IMG/VR virus record: IMGVR_UViG_3300024284_000007
Span: 23,380-87,379 of that record
Direction: 5' to 3' (one strand)
Length of the DNA stretch: 64,000 nucleotides
From: a virus
Taxonomy: Duplodnaviria; Caudoviricetes
Below the pieces are notes generated by a model. The model made no database searches, had not been told where the DNA came from, and worked only from the letters and a program-made list of their open reading frames with translations. Shown one piece after another: positions 1-6,594 of the stretch (positions are counted from its first letter, which is position 1; every line of letters starts with the position of its first letter). The translations under genes and the position numbers were made by a program.

Positions 1-1
1 G

Positions 2-325
2 GGTGCTCACGCTTCGATCGCCTGGCTGACTAACAGGATCACGAATTCTTCCAATGCTCTCATGTCGGTTACGCCAGCGGATTTCTCTGCAGCGGAATGG
101 GAATGGCTTCGGGGGAATTTCCGCAAGATCTGCTGCGTTGTCAGTTCCGAGCAGGAGCTGCTCGACCTGTGTGATGCAGCGAAGGAAGCGGATCTGATCT
201 ATGAGCTGATCGAGGACTCTGGACTGACTGAGTTCAGCGGGGTTCCCACGTTCACCGCAGCGGCATTCGGTCCTGACTTCGATGAGAACCTGGATCCCAT
301 TACGGGTCATCTGGTACTCTACTGA
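2..325 (+). CDS. pth2: Peptidyl-tRNA hydrolase, Pth2 family (5' end lies outside the window)
   Basis: Open from position 2: GAHAS (AQxxHA-like), FRKICCVV, LIEDSGLTEF, TAAAFGP, ITGHLVLY; all Pth2 hallmarks. Confidence 0.85.
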   Translation, partial: GAHASIAWLTNRITNSSNALMSVTPADFSAAEWEWLRGNFRKICCVVSSEQELLDLCDAAKEADLIYELIEDSGLTEFSGVPTFTAAAFGPDFDENLDPITGHLVLY

Positions 326-414
326 CATGCTCCAAGAAGAAGTCGGCAGGGCGTCGCTGGCGTGACCCTGCTAGTCCGGGCGGATAATAAGTCCTGGGGT
401 AGAGCGCCAGCAAT

Positions 415-498
415 GGAGAGTGAACGAGCCAGGGTGCTCGGCCTTCCTGCTAAGAAGTGCGCGGGTGATACCGTGGATTTCGAGTATCCCGCTCTCCT
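415..498 (+). tRNA. tRNA-Ser(GCT)
   Basis: Acceptor GGAGAGT/GCTCTCC, anticodon arm CTTC-CTGCTAA-GAAG, long variable arm, T loop TTCGAGT. Confidence 0.85.
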
Positions 499-499
499 C

Positions 500-844
500 A
501 TGGCTAAGGAACTCGCGTTCTCGGTAACCCGCAAGGACCTGAAGATCGAGACTTTTTCTGCGGGCGGACCGGGAGGACAGCATCAGAACACCTCCAACAC
601 GGCGGTGCGCATCACGCACCTCGCGTCAGGGGCGTCAGGAGTGGCGAGAGACTCCCGCAGCCAGCATCAGAACATGAAGAACGCCCTGCGCCGCATGGCG
701 GAATCGGGTAAGTTCAGGGTGTGGGTGAACCGGCAGCTGCTGGGGAATACCGAGCCGCCGGAGATTGCTGTACAGCGGCAGATGCACCCCTCGAACCTGC
801 TGATCATGGGCAGGGAGGAGGGGAGATGGAAGATCATCGACTAG
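500..844 (+). CDS. RF-1 (GGQ) domain peptide-release-factor homologue (ArfB/PrfH-like)
   Basis: SAGGPGGQHQNTSNTAVRITHLASG motif. ATG500 chosen because the upstream in-frame part is the tRNA-Ser gene. Confidence 0.85.
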   Translation: MAKELAFSVTRKDLKIETFSAGGPGGQHQNTSNTAVRITHLASGASGVARDSRSQHQNMKNALRRMAESGKFRVWVNRQLLGNTEPPEIAVQRQMHPSNLLIMGREEGRWKIID

Positions 845-853
845 GAAGAGACG

Positions 854-1066
854 ATGAAGAGATTCATGAAAGCAGGACCTCATCCTGCCGTGGGGATCCC
901 GGTCATGACCCTCTGCGGGATCGGGGGGATCCTGGAGCTGAGCGACAAGGGTCATTTCACCTTGTTCGGCAAGGTCATCCAGTCGCATGACGCCGCTGTC
1001 TTCGCGGTCATCGCCAGCGCCGGGTACCTTCTGCTGGAGCTGGTCTTGCTAGCCAGGAGGCACTGA
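854..1066 (+). CDS. Small membrane protein
   Basis: RBS-like GGAAGAG, two hydrophobic segments. Confidence 0.6.
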   Translation: MKRFMKAGPHPAVGIPVMTLCGIGGILELSDKGHFTLFGKVIQSHDAAVFAVIASAGYLLLELVLLARRH

Positions 1067-1067
1067 C

Positions 1068-1280
1068 ATGGGGTGGCTTGCCTTCCTGGTCGTAAGCTCT
1101 GTCGCGGTCTTCGCGCTGATGAAATACGCGGGCAGCAATCGCAGGGCGGCGAAAGTGATCAAGGGGAAAGGGCGCTCATCTCCCCGGATCTGCCCTGACT
1201 GTCGCGAGCCGGCGGGCAAATGCCAGTACCTGCGCCGTCAGGCTGAGCACCCTGGGGGCATGCTCGGGAAGAAGAAGTAA
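1068..1280 (+). CDS. Small protein with N-terminal TM helix and CxxC motif
   Basis: Follows the previous ORF by 1 nt; CPDC...C motif. Confidence 0.6.
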   Translation: MGWLAFLVVSSVAVFALMKYAGSNRRAAKVIKGKGRSSPRICPDCREPAGKCQYLRRQAEHPGGMLGKKK

Positions 1281-1285
1281 CTCAC

Positions 1286-1372
1286 GGAGAGTTCGCCTAG
1301 AGGCTTAGGGCGCTGCCTTGGAAAGGCAGTAAGGTGAAATATCCTTCACGAGTTCGAATCTCGTACTCTCCT
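1286..1372 (+). tRNA. tRNA-Ser(GGA)
   Basis: GGAGAGT/ACTCTCC acceptor, CTGCC-TTGGAAA-GGCAG, long variable arm, GTTCGAATC. Confidence 0.9.
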
Positions 1373-1412
1373 CCGGGGATTAAGCCAGTCAGGGAGCTGG
1401 CATCCCCTTCTC

Positions 1413-1492
1413 GGGAGCATGCTACCGGCGTAGCGCTCCGCCTCGAAAGCGGATACGGGGTAACACCCGGGGGATCGACACCTCTGCTCTCG
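1413..1492 (+). tRNA. tRNA-Ser(CGA), atypical T loop
   Basis: GGGAGCA/TGCTCTC, TCCGC-CTCGAAA-GCGGA, variable arm, T loop ATCGACA. Confidence 0.8.
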
Positions 1493-1514
1493 GCGCAGAA
1501 TAGAAAGAAGGAAC

Positions 1515-1757
1515 ATGCCCGACAGGAAGAAATGCCCGGCCTGCGGAACGATGATGCACCGGTTCATGAACCCTGAGCGGTATGTCTGCCCTAAAGAGAA
1601 CACTCACGCAGCTCTTCTCGCCGAGAAGAGAAGGGCTGAAGGGCGTTCCCGGGGCGGAAAAGCCGCTCAGGCTAAGCGAGCTGCGTCTGGTCGCCAGCGG
1701 GAATGGGCGCGGATACTCGGGAAGAGATTCGGGGGGAAGAACAAGAAGAGCAAGTAA
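1515..1757 (+). CDS. Small basic Zn-ribbon-like protein
   Basis: CPAC...CP motif, K/R-rich, RBS AGAAGGA. Confidence 0.6.
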   Translation: MPDRKKCPACGTMMHRFMNPERYVCPKENTHAALLAEKRRAEGRSRGGKAAQAKRAASGRQREWARILGKRFGGKNKKSK

Positions 1758-1763
1758 CATCAT

Positions 1764-1837
1764 GGGCATCAGTTCACCTGGTCGGTGGACTCACGCTGAT
1801 AACGTGATCGCGCAGGGTTCGATTCCCTGGGTGCCTA
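1764..1837 (+). tRNA. tRNA-Ile(GAT)
   Basis: GGGCATC/GGTGCCT, TCACG-CTGATAA-CGTGA, GTTCGATTC. Confidence 0.9.
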
Positions 1838-1838
1838 C

Positions 1839-1911
1839 GCCGCAGTAGCCTAACGGTCAGGGCAACTGTCTTATGAACAGCAGATTCCAGGTTCAAGTCC
1901 TGGCTGCGGTA
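1839..1911 (+). tRNA. tRNA-Ile(TAT)
   Basis: GCCGCAG/CTGCGGT, ACTGT-CTTATGA-ACAGC, CCAGG-TTCAAGT-CCTGG, discriminator A. Confidence 0.8.
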
Positions 1912-1922
1912 CGGGAGGTATC

Positions 1923-2051
1923 ATGCTGACAGGAAGCTGGAATCCTCACGACGAGGATGACGAGAATCTCGTGCTGGATGTCGAGTGGGTCTTCATTCGC
2001 GGAGGAAAGTACGTTTACTCGGTGAGAGCCGAGAATGCCCCTGTAGCTTAA
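1923..2051 (+). CDS. 42-aa acidic hypothetical protein; stop lies inside tRNA-Arg(TCT)
   Basis: GGAGGT RBS 3 nt before ATG; MLTGSWNPHDEDDENLVLDVEWVFIRGG... Confidence 0.5.
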   Translation: MLTGSWNPHDEDDENLVLDVEWVFIRGGKYVYSVRAENAPVA

Positions 2052-2110
2052 AGGACAAAGCGGCTGGCTTCTATCCGGTCCAGATCCGGGTTCGAATCCT
2101 GGCAGGGGTG
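2037..2110 (+). tRNA. tRNA-Arg(TCT)
   Basis: GCCCCTG/CAGGGGT, GCTGG-CTTCTAT-CCGGT, GTTCGAATC. Confidence 0.85.
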
Positions 2111-2111
2111 C

Positions 2112-2183
2112 GCTCCATTGGGGAAACGGTATCCCGCCAGCCCCTCAAGCTGGAGATCCCCGGGTCGGCACCGGGATGGAGCA
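2112..2183 (+). tRNA. tRNA-Glu(CTC), atypical (C33, T loop GTCGGCA)
   Basis: GCTCCAT/ATGGAGC, CCAGC-CCCTCAA-GCTGG, CCCGG/CCGGG T stem. Confidence 0.75.
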
Positions 2184-2345
2184 CGGAGAAAAGATGAGAG
2201 AAAGAATGTCCAGCCAGTGTACCGCTGCCCCAAAGGCGGTCTTCATCACTGGAAGCGCACTATCACGATTACCGCGATCCTGCGCCTGCGCATCTTCCAC
2301 GCGCGGTGCACGAAATGCGGCGGGTATCCTCAGAAGAGGTAACAT

Positions 2346-2417
2346 GCTCTCATCGTCTATGGGATAGGATCTGATCCTTTCAAGATCGGGAACGGAGTTC
2401 GAGTCTCCGTGGGAGCA
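2346..2417 (+). tRNA. tRNA-Glu(TTC)
   Basis: GCTCTCA/TGGGAGC, TGATC-CTTTCAA-GATCG, GTTCGAGTC. Confidence 0.88.
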
Positions 2418-2432
2418 CGGGAAGGGAAGAAG

Positions 2433-2633
2433 ATGCCGCTCAGCGAGGATGAGCAGGATGCCATGGCAGCCAACTGCCCCTGGTGCTGGGCGGGGATGGG
2501 TGAGCGCTGCAAGAGCCGCAGCGGGAAAGAGCGCCTGCACCCGCATAAACGGCGGATCGCGCGCGCGCGGCGGCGCGGAGGTCTCGGCGGGGTGGGCAGG
2601 ATGCTGCTGGCGGCGAGAAGGGGAAGCAAGTGA
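2433..2633 (+). CDS. Small Cys/His basic protein (Zn-finger-like)
   Basis: CPWC...C...HPH pattern, purine-rich RBS. Confidence 0.6.
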   Translation: MPLSEDEQDAMAANCPWCWAGMGERCKSRSGKERLHPHKRRIARARRRGGLGGVGRMLLAARRGSK

Positions 2634-2695
2634 GTAACGGGAAATTCTAGCCTGCATGGTGAACTGGCTATCACATCATGTGATAAACTAGTCGT

Positions 2696-2768
2696 GGCGA
2701 CTAAGCTCACTGGTGTGAGCGGCACCCTCATAAAGTGCACGAGGTGGGTCCGATTCCCGCAGTCGCTA
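2696..2768 (+). tRNA. tRNA-Met(CAT), elongator (Ile2 not excluded)
   Basis: GGCGACT/AGTCGCT, anticodon loop CTCATAA, T loop TCCGATT. Confidence 0.8.
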
Positions 2769-2769
2769 C

Positions 2770-3201
2770 GTGGGGAAACCGTATGATCCTGAATATTACC
2801 GAAAGTGGCAAGAGGAACGCCGCATTAAGTTCCTGGCGATAGCTAAAGAACGCCTTGGAGGATGCTGTGTTCGTTGTGGTACTACCGAAAATCTTCAGTT
2901 CGATCATATTATTCCAGGTTCCAGGATTCGTGCGATATCATCAGCAACTAATTGGTCGCTAGCTCGCTTTCTTGCCGAAGTGGACAAATGTCAGCTTCTT
3001 TGCGATGCGCATCATCGTGAAAAATCAAAGGAATGCGGAGAGCAAGGCGGAGGCTGGAATCGTATCGATAACCCAGAACACGGAACAGAGATTTGCTATA
3101 CACGTGGGTGTCGTTGCGAACCATGTCGTCAAGCCCGGCACGACGTGCGGGTAAGACGAGGTGAACTCAATGGCACGCGAGGACATTACAAAAAATCTTG
3201 A
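2770..3201 (+). CDS. HNH endonuclease 1
   Basis: CVRCGTTENLQFDHIIPG...CQLLCDAHHREK; lower GC; starts 1 nt after tRNA-Met. Confidence 0.9.
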   Translation: MGKPYDPEYYRKWQEERRIKFLAIAKERLGGCCVRCGTTENLQFDHIIPGSRIRAISSATNWSLARFLAEVDKCQLLCDAHHREKSKECGEQGGGWNRIDNPEHGTEICYTRGCRCEPCRQARHDVRVRRGELNGTRGHYKKS

Positions 3202-3227
3202 CATCTCCTCTTCGGAGGAGGTAAGGT
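3198..3227 (+). promoter_or_regulatory. SigA-type promoter
   Basis: TTGACA-18 nt-TAAGGT just upstream of tRNA-fMet; the spacer is a CTCCTC-TTCG-GAGGAG hairpin. Confidence 0.6.
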
Positions 3228-3238
3228 AGATCTACCGA

Positions 3239-3312
3239 CGCGGAGTAGAGCAGCTTGGCAGCTCGGTGGGCTCATAACCCTCAGGTCGCGGGTTCGAATC
3301 CCGTCTCCGCTA
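3239..3312 (+). tRNA. Initiator tRNA-fMet(CAT)
   Basis: Unpaired C1:U72, GGG/CCC at the anticodon stem end, CTCATAA loop. Confidence 0.9.
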
Positions 3313-3342
3313 CCGGTCCCGACAGGACCCTAAAGAGTCTAT

Positions 3343-3415
3343 TGGCCTCTAGCTTAACTGGCAGAGTCGCTCCCTGTTAAGGAGTTAGGTCCCGGTTCGA
3401 ATCCGGGGGGGTCAG
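3343..3415 (+). tRNA. tRNA-Asn(GTT)
   Basis: GCTCC-CTGTTAA-GGAGT, GTTCGAATC, discriminator G. Confidence 0.85.
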
Positions 3416-3540
3416 CGGGATGCAGGTGCACGCGATAAACTGGCTTACCTGCGCCTGGCAGATCAGCGCCCTACCCAGGGGGTGCCTCAGACGGAGACAG
3501 CGGGTCACGTACGTCCCAGTCCCCGCCGAGCTGATCACGT

Positions 3541-3596
3541 GGTTCTGTAGCTTAGCTGGTCTAAAGCACCGCCCTGTCAAGGCGGAGGTCAACGGG
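3541..3596 (+). pseudogene. Truncated tRNA-Asp(GTC): 5' strand, D arm and anticodon arm only
   Basis: GGTTCTG-TAGCTTAGCTGGTCTAAAGC-CCGCC-CTGTCAA-GGCGG-AGGTC, then no T loop or 3' acceptor strand before HNH2. Confidence 0.7.
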
Positions 3597-3612
3597 CTGA
3601 TAAGATGACCGG

Positions 3613-4029
3613 GTGCCTTACAGGGATCCTGATCGCCAGCGCGAGTATCAACGTCAGTGGGTAGCTAGTCGGCGTGCTGCATGGTTCAAGGATAAATCTT
3701 GCGTGATATGCGGGAGTGCCGAAGATTTGGAACTGGATCATCTTGATCCGGGCAAGAAAGTAAGCCATCGCATCTGGTCATGGTCAGCAACGCGACGCGA
3801 AGCTGAACTGCTTAAATGCAGGGTTCTTTGCGGTAGTCACCATAAAGAAAAATCTGCACTGGAGCATGCAAAAGGTATCGCGAACGGGACGGCGAAGCTA
3901 ACTGAAGAGCAAGTCCGAGAAATTCGTTCTTCAGGAATGGGTCACCGACCCGCCGCTAGGGTGTATGATGTAAATGAAAAAACCATCCGGTTGATCCGGA
4001 AGGGTAAAATCTGGGGTTCCGTGGTGTAA
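3613..4029 (+). CDS. HNH endonuclease 2 with C-terminal HTH-like tail
   Basis: CVICGSAEDLELDHLDP...CRVLCGSHHKEK; KLTEEQVREIR; stop codon lies inside tRNA-Asp. Confidence 0.9.
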   Translation: MPYRDPDRQREYQRQWVASRRAAWFKDKSCVICGSAEDLELDHLDPGKKVSHRIWSWSATRREAELLKCRVLCGSHHKEKSALEHAKGIANGTAKLTEEQVREIRSSGMGHRPAARVYDVNEKTIRLIRKGKIWGSVV

Positions 4030-4087
4030 AGGTTAGCACACTACCCTGTCAAGGTAGAGGTGGGGGTTCGACTTCCCCTCGGTTCCG
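4015..4087 (+). tRNA. tRNA-Asp(GTC) with two U.U mismatches in the acceptor stem
   Basis: GGTTCCG/CGGTTCC, CTACC-CTGTCAA-GGTAG, 8-nt T loop TTCGACTT, G73. Confidence 0.75.
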
Positions 4088-4189
4088 CTGGAGGCGTTCA
4101 TGTGACGCTCATGTGGTACGAGATGCCGGAGACTGGCATCCTTCCCCGGGGGGTATCCTGGAGGGAGCTGGCGGATCACTGGCTGACCC

Positions 4190-4399
4190 ATGATCCGCTT
4201 CCGGAAAGAAGAGATGATGATAAGCATGTGCGGGTCGAGTGTCCCGCTGTGGGAATTCCTGGCAGGGATACTGTGCGGACTGGTACTCTCGGTAACCCTG
4301 ATACGCCTGTTCAAGCTGTACGGGCTCCTGATCTGCCTGCTTATCATCATCGCGGGAGCTATCATTGTTAAGACAGCATTCATCAGGTACGGATGCTGA
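4190..4399 (+). CDS. Small 2-TM membrane protein
   Basis: Two long hydrophobic runs; start uncertain. Confidence 0.6.
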   Translation: MIRFRKEEMMISMCGSSVPLWEFLAGILCGLVLSVTLIRLFKLYGLLICLLIIIAGAIIVKTAFIRYGC

Positions 4400-4400
4400 C

Positions 4401-4574
4401 ATGTCATTCGACGGGCAGGACTATCCCTGGCTCCACCTGTGGATGCTGTCAGCAGTGCCGCTGGTGACATTCGCGGCAGGGGCGCTGTCCTGTAAGATCC
4501 TGGGGAAGTGGACCTGGCTGCTCATCGGGCTGGGAGTCCTGCTGCTGGTCATCCTGCGGGCAGCTGGAGGGTAG
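4401..4574 (+). CDS. Small 2-TM membrane protein
   Basis: MSFDGQDYPWLHLWMLSAVPLV...; abuts the previous ORF. Confidence 0.6.
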   Translation: MSFDGQDYPWLHLWMLSAVPLVTFAAGALSCKILGKWTWLLIGLGVLLLVILRAAGG

Positions 4575-4688
4575 ATGGCGATAAACAGGAAGTGCCTGGC
4601 ATGCAGGTGGAACAGCCGCCTGCTGCGCTGCAGCTGCACCTACCGGTGCTCTGCGCTATGGTGCAAGGGCAGGGGAGTGAAAATATAG

Positions 4689-4761
4689 GGACGCTTAGCT
4701 CAGCGGTATGAGCGCTGCCCTGACACGGCAGAGGGCGGCGGTTCGATCCCGTCAGCGTTCA
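4689..4761 (+). tRNA. tRNA-Val(GAC)
   Basis: GGACGCT/AGCGTTC, CTGCC-CTGACAC-GGCAG, GTTCGATCC. Confidence 0.9.
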
Positions 4762-4778
4762 CTCGGCTGGAAGAAAAG

Positions 4779-4868
4779 GCTGCTAGCGAGCCGGATCTTC
4801 CCGCGCCGGGGATAGAGACCCGGCTCCGGCGGCAGACGTGCCGTGCGTTCCATGAGCACATGGGCAGC
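4779..4868 (+). ncRNA. Candidate four-way-junction RNA of unknown family
   Basis: GCTGC/GCAGC closes three hairpins: GAGCCGG/CCGGCTC, CGGCA/TGCCG, CCATG/CATGG. Confidence 0.4.
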
Positions 4869-4876
4869 TGGACCAA

Positions 4877-4954
4877 GGGGATGAATGGTTCGACCGGGCT
4901 GCAAGACCGCATGCGGAACAGCCCGGGACCAGGGCTCGGTACCCTGCATCTCCA
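4877..4954 (+). ncRNA. Minimal tmRNA-like RNA (tRNA-like domain only, no mRNA-like domain)
   Basis: GGGGATG/CATCTCC acceptor with G3.U70 and A73; tmRNA D-loop analogue AATGGTTCGAC; P2a CGGGCTG/CAGCCCG; GGAC linker; T arm; only 17 nt between the P2a strands. Confidence 0.75.
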
Positions 4955-4998
4955 CTGCCGGGGGTTAAGCGGCGCAAGCCTCAAACCCCCGGCGTCCA

Positions 4999-5070
4999 GC
5001 CCCCATGGTGAAAGGGATATCATGGGAGATTACGAATCTCCCGGTGCCTGTTCGAGTCAGGCTGGGGGTG
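4999..5070 (+). tRNA. tRNA-Arg(ACG)
   Basis: GCCCCCA/TGGGGGT, GGAGA-TTACGAA-TCTCC, T loop TTCGAGT. Confidence 0.85.
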
Positions 5071-5084
5071 CGGAAAGGAAGAGA

Positions 5085-5291
5085 ATGAAGGCACTGAAGC
5101 CGCGTCCGGCAAAACGCGGGTACGTCATCATCGGGGGACTGTCAGTACTGGCGGTGTGGGCATGCACGCAGGCTCTCCACGTCACTCCGCTGGTAGCCCT
5201 GGTCATCGTCGTCGCGGGCATAATCCTGCTCGCGGGAGCATTCTCCCTGCGTTCCCGGGGAATTAACCGGGAGGTGAAACGCAGGAGATAA
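5085..5291 (+). CDS. Small 2-TM membrane protein
   Basis: RBS AAGGAAGAG, two hydrophobic helices, basic ends. Confidence 0.65.
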   Translation: MKALKPRPAKRGYVIIGGLSVLAVWACTQALHVTPLVALVIVVAGIILLAGAFSLRSRGINREVKRRR

Positions 5292-5362
5292 GGGCGGCTC
5301 GTCCAATGGGAGGGCCTCTGCGTTACGAGCAGAAGACAAGGGTTCGATTCCTTTGCCGCCTA
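5292..5362 (+). tRNA. tRNA-Val(TAC)
   Basis: GGGCGGC/GCCGCCT, TCTGC-GTTACGA-GCAGA, GTTCGATTC. Confidence 0.85.
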
Positions 5363-5363
5363 C

Positions 5364-5517
5364 GGGAATGAGAGAGGGTACGGCAGGGCTACTCAGGGAG
5401 TCCGGGTGCGTGCCATCCAGAGGAGTCCGAAGACGGCAGGACGGTTCCTGAGTCTGTCCTGCTTGCTTGACGGATCGCTCTCACCGAGCCCAGGGTCGTG
5501 GGCAGCTCTCATTCTCC
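5364..5517 (+). ncRNA. Candidate ~154-nt structured RNA between tRNA-Val and tRNA-His
   Basis: Terminal stem GGGAATGAGAG/CTCTCATTCTC, nested stems GGCAGGGC/GTCCTGCT, ACTCAGGGA/TTCCTGAGT, GTCC/GGAC, two apical hairpins. Confidence 0.55.
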
Positions 5518-5519
5518 AT

Positions 5520-5594
5520 GGCGGATATAGCTCAATGGCAGAGCGCTGGCTTGTGGTGCCGGTAATCCGAGTTCAATCCTCGGTATTCGCCCCA
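5520..5594 (+). tRNA. tRNA-His(GTG) with encoded G-1 and CCA
   Basis: G-GCGGATA/TATTCGC-C-CCA, CTGGC-TTGTGGT-GCCGG. Confidence 0.9.
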
Positions 5595-5617
5595 CGCGAT
5601 CATCCGGAAAGGGTATC

Positions 5618-5752
5618 ATGAAGATATTCAGGCGCAGGAAGAAGCGCAGTCAGGTGAAATGCTTCATCTGCCATACTCGTACGCCCCCAGAGGGCGCAGC
5701 TGTCTGCGCGCACTGCCTGAAGCACAATATCAGGATGAGGAGTACGCAATGA
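5618..5752 (+). CDS. 44-aa basic CxxC...CxxC peptide
   Basis: AAGGG RBS; CFIC...CAHC. Confidence 0.5.
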   Translation: MKIFRRRKKRSQVKCFICHTRTPPEGAAVCAHCLKHNIRMRSTQ

Positions 5753-5842
5753 GAAGTTATTATCCGGGTCAGCATAGCTGTCACTGACCCTGCCGGATCT
5801 TGCACTGGGATGCTTTGTGGTAAGGTATGATATAGTAAAACT

Positions 5843-6439
5843 ATGAACTATACCGCAGAGCAGATGCGAGAGTACCAGAACCGGAGGCGTGAAGCTCTTC
5901 GCGCCGAATTGCGCCTGTTGCTCGGCGGGAAATGTGCTCGTTGTGGCAAGACTGAGGATCTTGAATTTGATCATATAGATCCAAAAACAAAACTTTTCTC
6001 GATAGCAAATGGACTGGATAAGCCGCGTGCTGTTCTTTTGCAAGAAGTGGAAAAATGCCAGCTTCTTTGCACGCCTCACCATATCGAGAAAAACTCCGAA
6101 GATGGAACACGTGTCCGAGGAGAACGACAGTGGAAAGCAAAGCTCACTGTTGCCGATGTCCAGAGTATCAGGGCATCAACTCTTCATTATCGCGAACTGA
6201 TGAAAATTTATGATATTACCAAGGCTCATGTATTCGCTATTCGCAGACGTGCGGCTTGGAAGCATGTAGACTTATCCTTGCCAGGGTACTCAAGCGGCCA
6301 ACGAGATCTGACTGTAAATCAGATGGCATCGTCCTTCCTAGGTTCGACTCCTAGTCCTGGTACATGTATAACACAGCAAATAAATACGAATTCCCCAATA
6401 ACACCGAAGTCTGGACCTATGAGATCATTGCCTATATGA
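5843..6439 (+). CDS. HNH endonuclease 3; its frame runs through tRNA-Tyr
   Basis: CARCGKTEDLEFDHIDP...CQLLCTPHHIEK; KLTVADVQSIR; AT-rich. The C-terminal ~55 aa come from tRNA and downstream sequence. Confidence 0.85.
   Translation: MNYTAEQMREYQNRRREALRAELRLLLGGKCARCGKTEDLEFDHIDPKTKLFSIANGLDKPRAVLLQEVEKCQLLCTPHHIEKNSEDGTRVRGERQWKAKLTVADVQSIRASTLHYRELMKIYDITKAHVFAIRRRAAWKHVDLSLPGYSSGQRDLTVNQMASSFLGSTPSPGTCITQQINTNSPITPKSGPMRSLPI
6280..6362 (+). tRNA. tRNA-Tyr(GTA)
   Basis: GCCAGGG/TCCTGGT, TCTGA-CTGTAAA-TCAGA, long variable arm, GTTCGACTC. Confidence 0.88.
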
Positions 6440-6594
6440 TCACCGAAGGTAAGACTAGAGCTAGCGTCACTCTCGGATTCTATGGTGAATTGCGCGCTTC
6501 CGGAACTGGTGCAATCGTCGGGAAAGATGTTGGCGATACTGAGCAGCAGGTGATCCTCAAGCTTATCGGTACTGAGGATATCCAAAAGCTCTAA
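6364..6594 (+). CDS. Hypothetical protein (lower GC)
   Basis: 76-aa ORF starting right after tRNA-Tyr. Confidence 0.5.
   Translation: MYNTANKYEFPNNTEVWTYEIIAYMITEGKTRASVTLGFYGELRASGTGAIVGKDVGDTEQQVILKLIGTEDIQKL

Noticed and set aside
345-411. Twister or HDV-like (theta) ribozyme
   Set aside because: No room for HDV P3/L3 (only TGA between the strands), and the twister L4 pseudoknot bases are missing.
5364-5517. RNase P or SRP RNA
   Set aside because: GAGGAGTCC only loosely resembles the RNase P CR-I sequence and the other conserved regions are absent; there is no SRP helix-8 motif.
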